Origin: Spirochaetia bacterium
Lineage (GTDB): Bacteria > Spirochaetota > Spirochaetia > SZUA-6 > Bin103
Direction of reading: 5' to 3'
Assembly: GCA_965203515.1 (NCBI GenBank)
Contig: OZ241907.1
Location: 2,080,001 to 2,144,000, forward strand
DNA: 64,000 nucleotides
Positions 39,996-47,754 of the stretch are shown piece after piece. The notes under the pieces were generated by a model. That model was not told the DNA's origin and did no database searches. It worked only from the letters and a program-made list of their open reading frames with translations. Numbering within the stretch: the stretch's first letter is position 1; each line of letters starts with the position of its first letter. A program made the translations under genes and the position numbers.

Positions 39996-41778
39996 GTTTC
40001 AATAGGGTCGCGCGTTTCGCGCGGCTGGTGGCATATTTGAATAAAGCCTATGTCCAGACGTATCAGTGGAAGTTTCAATAGGGCCGCGCGGTTCGCGCGG
40101 CTGGTGGCATCCAGGATGCGGTTTTCGACGTGACCAGCTACGTGATGTTTCAATAGGGCCGCGCGGTTCGCGCGGCTGGTGGCCGTTGTATGGAGTGTTG
40201 TTATTGGCCATGAAGGGTAGGAGTTTCAATAGGGCCGCGCGGTTCGCGCGGCTGGTGGCATAATGAAAGAAGTGAAAGCAGAGGAGACAGAGAGAGGTTT
40301 CAATAGGGCCGCGCGGTTCGCGCGGCTGGTGGCCAAAGGGAGAACATGAAAGCACAAACTACCTTCAAGTTTCAATAGGGCCGCGCGGTTCGCGCGGCTG
40401 GTGGCCTATCTAATCGCGGGGCGCACAAATCACTCGCTTCAACGTTTCAATAGGGCCGCGCGGTTCGCGCGGCTGGTGGCTGCCTCGGACGGTGATCATG
40501 CTCGACCACCCTCGGCCAAGTTTCAATAGGGCCGCGCGGTTCGCGCGGCTGGTGGCGAGGGCAATGCAGCCATCTGAGCCTGGTAGGTCTTCCCTGGCGT
40601 TTCAATAGGGCCGCGCGGTTCGCGCGGCTGGTGGCACATCATTTCGGAGCTGATATCGAAGTTTGATGAGTTCTCGTTTCAATAGGGCCGCGCGGTTCGC
40701 GCGGCTGGTGGCGTCTTGGAGCAGGCGTCTGCCGATGACGTGCGCGGTGTTTCAATAGGGCCGCGCGGTTCGCGCGGCTGGTGGCCGTTCGATGGAATCG
40801 CACCGCCGGATTCTCCCACAAGGTCGTTTCAATAGGGCCGCGCGGTTCGCGCGGCTGGTGGCCTACGATTAGCAGAGAGATCCAAAATCTTACGGAGCAG
40901 TTTCAATAGGGCCGCGCGGTTCGCGCGGCTGGTGGCTTCACGTAGGCATGAATCTCTTGAGTCGTTGTAGCAACCAGCAGTTTCAATAGGGCCGCGCGGT
41001 TCGCGCGGCTGGTGGCGTCCCAGCCCTTCCCGGCTCAACTTGCTGGGAATTAGCCGTTTCAATAGGGCCGCGCGGTTCGCGCGGCTGGTGGCGTCCCAGC
41101 CCTTCCCGGCTCAACTTGCTGGGAATTAGCCGTTTCAATAGGGCCGCGCGGTTCGCGCGGCTGGTGGCGTGCGATCACACCGGATCAGTAGCACCGGGGA
41201 ACCAACGTCGTTTCAATAGGGCCGCGCGGTTCGCGCGGCTGGTGGCAGCTTGCCAAGAAGCTGTCGGGCTCGGCCTAACGGCTTCGTTTCAATAGGGCCG
41301 CGCGGTTCGCGCGGCTGGTGGCACCGTGCACTCTCGGAGTCTCCTCCGGGGTCAAAACCATGTTTCAATAGGGCCGCGCGGTTCGCGCGGCTGGTGGCTT
41401 TTCGTGAACGACCCGATCGATCGCGCCGCTTCGGCGTCGTTTCAATAGGGCCGCGCGGTTCGCGCGGCTGGTGGCGAGTCCTCAGGAGTACGTCAACAAC
41501 ATTCCGCGCTGGATGTTTCAATAGGGCCGCGCGGTTCGCGCGGCTGGTGGCTGTAGGTTCGAGTCCTACTGCTAGCTTTTCTAATTGGAGTTTCAATAGG
41601 GCCGCGCGGTTCGCGCGGCTGGTGGCCTCGCCGCTTCGGCGGCTCGAAGGGAGTTCGAAACTGCCAGTTTCAATAGGGCCGCGCGGTTCGCGCGGCTGGT
41701 GGCTTCCGTAGTCATGCGACGTCCGGAGGAGGAACCGGTTCGTTTCAATAGGGCCGCGCGGTTCGCGCGGCTGGTGGC
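39996..41778 (-). CRISPR. CRISPR array: 24 repeats and 23 spacers (35-43 nt). Repeat on the minus strand is GCCACCAGCCGCGCGAACCGCGCGGCCCTATTGAAAC (37 nt).
   Basis: Regular repeats from 39996 to 41742. Internal GCCGCGCG/CGCGCGGC hairpin, 3' ATTGAAAC handle, degenerate repeats on the left and cas2 on the right set the minus orientation. Confidence 0.98.
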
Positions 41779-42093
41779 TGCCGTCCCGCAACCCTTTGAT
41801 CCGCAAGCACAAATCTCAAGTCCCGCGAGCGGAGGCAGTCATGACGAGCAATCGGACCCTCAACTGGAACGTTTACTCAGGACATCTGGTCATATCTCCC
41901 TTGTCGGCAACGTTTTGTGCGACGCGAGCGGAATCGGAAGGATCAGCAGCACACCTCCTCAGGCTCGGTCGCTCTGTCAAAGACCGCCTGCTCGACGGCT
42001 ACCCTACACCACATCCGGTCATTTGGCAAACACCACAAAGGACCGCCGGCGGCACCAACCTGCGCGACGGTCAGTTCGACCGGCCGCTTGGCG
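41779..42093 (-). promoter_or_regulatory. CRISPR leader region
   Basis: Non-coding, lower-GC stretch between the cas2 stop and the first intact repeat. Confidence 0.7.
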
Positions 42094-42369
42094 TCATACG
42101 ATCAGCGCCCGTCGATCGGACTTCGCCTGGTCGGCGGCCGTCTGTCCGTCTTCGTCGAGCCGCGCGATGAGCAGCCGGTCTTCATCGGTCTCCATCACGG
42201 CGCGCAGCTCCTGCTCCATCCGGCGGCGGCGGCGCGGATCCAACCGGCAACGGAACACGGAAAGCTGAACCCGGTCGCCGTAACCGTGCAGCAGCCGGAA
42301 GACGCGGCGCCACCGCTTTGGGGACGAGACGTCGTAGGCTACCAGATATTCCCTTCCTGCAGACGGCAT
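42094..42369 (-). CDS. cas2: CRISPR-associated endonuclease Cas2
   Basis: YLVAYDVS..KRWRRV..YGDRVQLSVF. Confidence 0.95.
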   Translation of the reverse strand: MPSAGREYLVAYDVSSPKRWRRVFRLLHGYGDRVQLSVFRCRLDPRRRRRMEQELRAVMETDEDRLLIARLDEDGQTAADQAKSDRRALIV

Positions 42370-42386
42370 GAGGACGCTCCTCCTTA

Positions 42387-43430
42387 CTACCGCCAGCTCA
42401 TCTGCGCCGGCGGCTCGTCGTTGCGGCGCAGAACGCGGGCGAGGCGGGCTGATTCGATGGACGGCAGGTCGCGGTAGATGATGGTCCGCCCCAGGCCGTC
42501 GTGGAGGATCGACTCATCCAGCCGATCTTCCAGGGCGTCCAGCAGGACGCGCCGGCCCTGTTCGCCGAGCAGGACGGCGTCGCCTTCCCGTTCCATGTGA
42601 TCGGCTTTCAGCATTCCCGAATTCAATATGCGCAGGACCGCGGAATCCGCGATCCGCGGCCGCGCCGGTTCCATCAGATCGAGCGCCAACGCGGGACGAC
42701 CATGCCGGAAGCCGTGCAGGAACCCGGTGAACAGATCGAGTCCGGCGGCGGTGACGGCGACGCTCCAGGAGCGGGTCTGGACGGCGTAGGCGAAGGAGAG
42801 CGCCGCGTTGACCGGATCGCGCGGCGGCCGGCGGTTGCGGCCCCGGTACCGGTCGGCGGCCCAGGCCGCCCGCCCGCGCAGCATGGCCGGAAAGGTCTTG
42901 AAGTAGGTGGCGGCCGCGGCGCCTTCGTAGCCGCGCAGCTTGTCCAGATCGGCGGTGCGTTCCGCGTCTTCCACGAGTTCCGTCAGTTGACGCACCGCGG
43001 TCTTCGCCTCGCGGCCGCTCCCGTTGCGGCGCAGGAGGGTACGGCAGTTCCGGATCTTGGCGGCCACCCAGGTGCGGGCGAAGGCGACACGGCGCGCAGG
43101 GTCGGCGGCGGCGGCGTGCTGGGCCGCGCGCAACGCGCCATCGCCGTGGCCGAAGCCGGAAGTGGCGCCCAGGAACCAGCCGGAGGAGGTCGTCCAGCAC
43201 ACCGGGATGCCGCGCCGCATCAGTTCCTGCAGCGCCGGAGTGGTTACCTGGATGTTGCCCATGACGGTCATCTCGGACATTTCGTCCAGGCGCAGGCGCC
43301 GGTGTCCGCGTTTGTCCCGCATCGCCACCTCGAGGGTGTGGCCGGCCAGGCCGATGCGCGCGCCCTGGTTGTTGACGTAGACCGGATGGCGGATGGCCGC
43401 GGCGCGGTCGCGCCGGTCGGCGTCACGCAT
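42387..43430 (-). CDS. cas1: CRISPR-associated endonuclease Cas1 (no RT or Cas4 fusion)
   Basis: LRGYEGAAA..YF, RNRRPPRDPVNAALSFAY, GFLH, LALDLMEP. Confidence 0.95.
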   Translation of the reverse strand: MRDADRRDRAAAIRHPVYVNNQGARIGLAGHTLEVAMRDKRGHRRLRLDEMSEMTVMGNIQVTTPALQELMRRGIPVCWTTSSGWFLGATSGFGHGDGALRAAQHAAAADPARRVAFARTWVAAKIRNCRTLLRRNGSGREAKTAVRQLTELVEDAERTADLDKLRGYEGAAAATYFKTFPAMLRGRAAWAADRYRGRNRRPPRDPVNAALSFAYAVQTRSWSVAVTAAGLDLFTGFLHGFRHGRPALALDLMEPARPRIADSAVLRILNSGMLKADHMEREGDAVLLGEQGRRVLLDALEDRLDESILHDGLGRTIIYRDLPSIESARLARVLRRNDEPPAQMSWR

Positions 43431-44145
43431 CGCCCAACTCCGGGGCGAACAGGCCGAGGCCGAAGTGACAGCCGTAGCCGAACGCCAGCGGCCCGCGCAC
43501 GGGCGCGGCGAAGACCAGCCGCCACGCCGTGCCCCGGCCGCTCCCCTTCGGCGCGCTTTCGCGCCAGCGCCAGCGCGGCGGGGCGGCGCCGGAGCCGATC
43601 AACTCCACCTCCGTCACCGGAGGCAGACCGCGCGCGGCGCATTCGCGGCGGATCATGTCATCCTGCGAGAAGCCGCGCTTCGCGTGCCACGGCCGGTAGT
43701 AGGGAGCGATGGAGACCCATTCGACCGCGACCTCCAGCAGGGCCGTGGGAGTGTCCGGCTCGTCATGGCGGCCGATCCAGTCCGAGGCTGCGCGCCAGTG
43801 CTCGTGTCGTGCATGGACGGCGATGTCCGCGGCCAACAGCGCCGCCAGCGCCTTCCGGTCCATCGCCCGGGCGTGCACGGTGAGATGGTCGATGCGCCCG
43901 TCGCCGTCGGCATCCTCCGGCAGCCAGAAGGCGTGCCGGTGCTCCATGGCCGGCGCGCCGGCCTGGGCGCCGTGGCCCGACAGCGCCGCGGGTATGCCGT
44001 CCGGTCCGTACATCATGCGCGCCCGGCCGAGCGCGGAGCGGCGGGCGCGTTCGGCGACCTGATGCCCCAGGCGCGCAGTCGGGAGCCGGTCGCCGGTGAG
44101 ACGAAAGCGCACGCAATCCGGCATCCGCTCCGGCCCTCCGGTCAC
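43423..44145 (-). CDS. Stand-alone Cas6-like RAMP resembling the C-terminal half of type I-G Csb2
   Basis: HAFWLPEDADGDGRIDH, WVSIAPY and terminal G-loop GPLAFGYGCHFGLGLF; only 240 aa. Confidence 0.8.
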   Translation of the reverse strand: MTGGPERMPDCVRFRLTGDRLPTARLGHQVAERARRSALGRARMMYGPDGIPAALSGHGAQAGAPAMEHRHAFWLPEDADGDGRIDHLTVHARAMDRKALAALLAADIAVHARHEHWRAASDWIGRHDEPDTPTALLEVAVEWVSIAPYYRPWHAKRGFSQDDMIRRECAARGLPPVTEVELIGSGAAPPRWRWRESAPKGSGRGTAWRLVFAAPVRGPLAFGYGCHFGLGLFAPELGDA

Positions 44146-44179
44146 GACGCGCGTCTCCGCGGCCCGCGACGCAATTCCT

Positions 44180-44362
44180 CTACTTCCTGTGCCATGATTC
44201 TTCCTCCTTCTTCTTGATCACGAGCCCGAGGACAAGGCCGACGGCCGCCCCACCGACGCAGCCGATGGCCCCCCCGGTCGGACCACCGAAGCGGAGCCCC
44301 AGATTGCCGCCGAGGAGACCTCCCATGGCGGAAGTTCTCAGGATCTTTTCAGCTTCGGTCAC
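44180..44362 (-). CDS. 60-aa glycine-zipper membrane peptide
   Basis: AAGGAGG RBS and GTG start; GxxxG ladder GGLLGGNLG..GGAIGCVGGAAVGLVLG followed by KKK; directly downstream of a sigma54 promoter. Confidence 0.75.
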   Translation of the reverse strand: MTEAEKILRTSAMGGLLGGNLGLRFGGPTGGAIGCVGGAAVGLVLGLVIKKKEEESWHRK

Positions 44363-44418
44363 GTTCGTTCCTCCTTGGGGCTGACGGTTCGTTCTAACTC
44401 AGCCCTCAAATACGTAGA

Positions 44419-44434
44419 AGCAATATCCGTGCCA
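44419..44434 (-). promoter_or_regulatory. Sigma54 (RpoN) -24/-12 promoter TGGCACGGATATTGCT
   Basis: Exact match to TGGCACG-N4-TTGCW, abutting the activator stop codon and ~57 nt upstream of the glycine-zipper start. Confidence 0.85.
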
Positions 44435-45937
44435 TCATTCCGCCGCGCATTGTTTCAGCCAGTTGCTGAGCCTCTGATGGCTGCGGAGTCCCAGCAGGCC
44501 GGCGGCCTTGGTCTTGATGCCGCCGGCCTCCTCCATCGCGCGGTTCAGGTAGTGCAGCTTGATCTCCGCCAGCAGTGCCTCGATGCTGAAATCGCCTCCC
44601 AACGGGCGGTCCCACACGTCCCTTTTGCGGTCGCCGGGCGCCGATAGCAGCGCACCGCGCAGGTCGTCCCCCGTGATGGTGTCACCCGCCGACCAGATCG
44701 CGGCGCGCATCAGCGTGTTGTGCAACTCGCGTACGTTACCCGGCCACCGGTGCCGAGCCAGAAGATTCCTTGCCGAAGCGGAAAGGCTTTTGCGCTGATA
44801 ACCGGGAGCCTTCGCAAGCTCGACGTTGATGCCGCCGAGAAGATGATCGGTCACGAGCCCGACGTCGTCGCCGCGCTCGCGAAACGGCGGCAGCTTGAGC
44901 ACCGCCACCGCCAGCCGATAGAAGAGGTCTTCGCGGAACCGGCCGCCGGCGACCTCCTCCGTCAGGGTGCGGTTGGTCGCCGCGATCACGCGCACGTCTA
45001 CCGAACGCGTGTCGCTGCTGCCGACGGGCTGGAACTCTCCCTCCTGCAAAACGCGCAACAGGTTCGTTTGCGCCAGCAGTGGCAGCTCCCCGACCTCGTC
45101 CAGGAACAGGGTCCCGCGATGCGCCTCGTCGAAGCGCCCCTTCCGCGGCTTGTCGGCACCGGTGAACGCGCCCTTCACGTGGCCGAACAACTCCGACTCG
45201 ACCAGATTCTCAGGCAACGCGCCGCAGTTGACCGCGACGAACGGTCTCTCCCGTCGCGGGCTCGACTCGTGGATGGCCCCCGCCATCAGCTCCTTGCCGG
45301 TGCCGGACTCTCCCTCGATCAGAACCGGCACCGAGTGCGGCGCGACCCGCCGGGCGAGCAGAATGACGCGCCGCATCTCCGCGCTGCGATGGACGATCTT
45401 GTCGAAGGCGGCCGCCTGCTGCGACGGCAGCCCGGCGCTCAGACGTTCCAGCTCCCGGTCCGGCTGCCGCAGCAGATCGGCGAGAAAGTCAGCCGAGATG
45501 TCGAAGGGGACGGAGACCTCGTGGACACCGTGATCCTTCGACGACTCGATGATCGTTGCCGGGAAGCGCGTCTTGGCCAGGATGACCCACACCGCGGCCA
45601 TGGCCGGAGTGCCGGGGCTCAGGTGGAACGTGAGCGCGGCGCCGGGGCCGCCGGCCGCACGCGCCCGCTCGCAGGCGCGGACCGCGGCTGGGTAGACCTC
45701 GCCGAAGGCCGTGGGGCTGGTGAGCCGCTCGTGCAGCAGGTGGAGACTGATCCCGCTCGCGCGCCCTTCGAGCCAATCGAAGTAACGTCTCGCCTCGTCG
45801 CCATACGTGGTGAGCAGGAAGGCCGCATCGAACGTACCGTCCTCCACGGCCTTGGCCACCGGCCCGATACCGTCCGCGTCTTCCTGCGACGCTTTCAGGT
45901 CCGCATGGCCGATCCAACTGATCAGGATGCTACGCAT
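44435..45937 (-). CDS. Sigma54-dependent transcriptional activator with N-terminal CARF-like domain (RtcR/PspF-type CARF-AAA+-HTH)
   Basis: [11 protein letters not shown] and [14 protein letters not shown] motifs; [36 protein letters not shown]; Fis-type HTH. Confidence 0.9.
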   Translation of the reverse strand: MRSILISWIGHADLKASQEDADGIGPVAKAVEDGTFDAAFLLTTYGDEARRYFDWLEGRASGISLHLLHERLTSPTAFGEVYPAAVRACERARAAGGPGAALTFHLSPGTPAMAAVWVILAKTRFPATIIESSKDHGVHEVSVPFDISADFLADLLRQPDRELERLSAGLPSQQAAAFDKIVHRSAEMRRVILLARRVAPHSVPVLIEGESGTGKELMAGAIHESSPRRERPFVAVNCGALPENLVESELFGHVKGAFTGADKPRKGRFDEAHRGTLFLDEVGELPLLAQTNLLRVLQEGEFQPVGSSDTRSVDVRVIAATNRTLTEEVAGGRFREDLFYRLAVAVLKLPPFRERGDDVGLVTDHLLGGINVELAKAPGYQRKSLSASARNLLARHRWPGNVRELHNTLMRAAIWSAGDTITGDDLRGALLSAPGDRKRDVWDRPLGGDFSIEALLAEIKLHYLNRAMEEAGGIKTKAAGLLGLRSHQRLSNWLKQCAAE

Positions 45938-46226
45938 CGTCGTCCTCCTTTCCCAATTCCGCAGCCAATACGGCCACCGCAGCCGCTATGATGCCGGCAT
46001 CGTCGAGCAGTCCCGCGACCGGTATGAAGTCCGGCACCGCGTCGAACGGCGTGACCAGGTAGACCAGCGCGCCGATGGCGATCGCCTTGGCCGCCCAACC
46101 CTTCCCCGGGTCGGTGATGAGGTCCCACAGCGCGACTACCGTATCCCAGAGCTCCGCAATCGGCCCCCGGTTCATGCCGGCCAGGTTCTCCCGGATGTTC
46201 CTGATGTCGTCGTCTTCCCGTCCCAT
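45930..46226 (-). CDS. DUF1232/YkvA family small membrane protein
   Basis: [34 protein letters not shown]; overlaps the activator start by 8 nt. Confidence 0.9.
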   Translation of the reverse strand: MGREDDDIRNIRENLAGMNRGPIAELWDTVVALWDLITDPGKGWAAKAIAIGALVYLVTPFDAVPDFIPVAGLLDDAGIIAAAVAVLAAELGKEDDDA

Positions 46227-46299
46227 GATCTCCTCCTGCCGTATGATTCGGCGCCGACGCCTTTCGTTTCAACGGCGGCAGCCCTGATGACACCATTGA

Positions 46300-46315
46300 A
46301 GCAAGGACCGTGCCA
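46300..46315 (-). promoter_or_regulatory. Sigma54 (RpoN) -24/-12 promoter TGGCACGGTCCTTGCT
   Basis: Exact match to TGGCACG-N4-TTGCW, ~74 nt upstream of the DUF1232 start. Confidence 0.85.
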
Positions 46316-46533
46316 CGTTCCTCGCCCGGCCCCAAACCCGGTTTGGTACCCCGCCGGCCGAAACCGGTTGGCGCGCCGCAACATGCATTACATGAATGGA
46401 AGACTTGTTGCGATCCTCTGAGGCGCGGGGCCTGGACGCCAGGCCAGCCAAACCACGTCAGCCGCTGCTGCGCTTGATTCACCGTTGCCGTCCAGGGCCG
46501 AGTCGGTCTATGGTTGCGACTCGGGATTCGAGA

Positions 46534-47754
46534 ATGCAGTCTCAAGATCAGGCACGAGGGTCCGACGGTGGCGAGCGCACGGCCATCGAAGCGAACTACC
46601 GAGTGGTGACGCCGCTGTTCTGCGCGGGCTCCGATGGGGAGCGTCCCGAGTTCCGCCTGCCCAGCTTCAAGGGCGTGCTGCGGTTCTGGTGGCGGGCGCT
46701 GGCATGGTCGCGGTATCGTGATCTCGAGTCTCTTCAATCGGAAGAGGACTATCTCTTCGGGAGCAGCCGCAGCGGACAGTCCCGCGTTTCCATGCGCGTG
46801 GCACGAAGTTCCGTGCCGCAGCCGATTCGCAAGGACGACGTACTCGGTAAATTGAACGGAGACGTCGTCGGCCACGGTGCCCGGTACCTGGGCTACGGCG
46901 TCATGGAGGCATTCGGAAGCCAAAACAGGAACACTCAGGACGGTGAACTCATCCGTGCATGTCTTCCGGCGCCGTTCAATGTCACGGTGCGGATGACGGC
47001 GCATGGTCTGAGCGGACCGAGGTTGGCGTCTCTCAAGCACGCGCTGATCGCACTTGGAACTCTCGGCGGCATGGGCGCCAAGAGCCGCAAGGGCTACGGC
47101 TCGCTGGTCATTCGTTCGCTGTCAATAGACGGTGACCCGCAGCAAGTGCCCCAGTCGGTTGACGATCTACGCAGAGCGATTCTTGCGCTACGTGGAAGCG
47201 GGACGGAGGCACCGCTGCCGGAGTTCACGGCGCTGTCCCCGGGTACGCGCCACGTGCTGCTGGAGAGTGATAAGCGGGACCCTCTCGAACTGCTGGACCT
47301 TGTCGGTCGCGAACTCGTGAGGTTTCGGAGTTGGGGACGAAACGGAAGGATCCTCGGCGGGTACGTGGAATCGGAACGACGCTTCCGATCTGATCACGAT
47401 TTGATGGCTGGGAAGCAAGCGGGACGCCACCCTAAGCGTATTGCCTTCGGTCTTCCACACAATTACGGTAGAGGACTAGAGAAGCGGGTTAAACCGCTCG
47501 GTAAACTCGATCGACGGGCGAGTCCGTTGTTCATACACGTCCACGAGTGCGCGGAACGTCCTGTCGCGGTTATCTCGTTTCTTCCGGCGCGCTTTCTTCC
47601 CAAAGACAACGCGAACATATCGGTAGGAAGAAACAGAGTTCCACAGGTTCCTGAGCAACAACTGTACCGCCCCATACATCAATTCCTCGATCGACTTCTC
47701 GATCCATCGCGACGCAAGGAGCCATTTACGAACGCCTTGAAGGTGCCCTCGTGA
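46534..47754 (+). CDS. cmr1: Type III-B RAMP Cmr1
   Basis: VVTPLFCAG, PSFKGVLRFWWRA, GGMGAKSRKGYGS, FGLP, RRASPL. Start uncertain. Confidence 0.92.
   Translation: MQSQDQARGSDGGERTAIEANYRVVTPLFCAGSDGERPEFRLPSFKGVLRFWWRALAWSRYRDLESLQSEEDYLFGSSRSGQSRVSMRVARSSVPQPIRKDDVLGKLNGDVVGHGARYLGYGVMEAFGSQNRNTQDGELIRACLPAPFNVTVRMTAHGLSGPRLASLKHALIALGTLGGMGAKSRKGYGSLVIRSLSIDGDPQQVPQSVDDLRRAILALRGSGTEAPLPEFTALSPGTRHVLLESDKRDPLELLDLVGRELVRFRSWGRNGRILGGYVESERRFRSDHDLMAGKQAGRHPKRIAFGLPHNYGRGLEKRVKPLGKLDRRASPLFIHVHECAERPVAVISFLPARFLPKDNANISVGRNRVPQVPEQQLYRPIHQFLDRLLDPSRRKEPFTNALKVPS

Noticed and set aside
41017..41055. Duplicated spacer vaguely like the 16S rRNA segment ccgggctcaacctgggaa
   Set aside because: Too many indels and mismatches to call rRNA targeting.
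39996..41778. Self-targeting spacers within the window
   Set aside because: None noticed by eye; a proper alignment is needed to exclude them.
39959..41812. ORFs with repeated HQPREPRGPIET / FNRAARFARLVA peptides
   Set aside because: These are translations of the CRISPR repeats, not proteins.
42387..44145. RT-Cas1 or Cas4-Cas1 fusion, or a frameshifted version of one
   Set aside because: No YADD or Cas4 Cys cluster upstream of cas1; the upstream gene is the Cas6-like RAMP.
46367..46390. TTGGCGCG..ATGCA as a + strand sigma54 promoter for cmr1
   Set aside because: The GG to GC spacing is not the required 10 nt.
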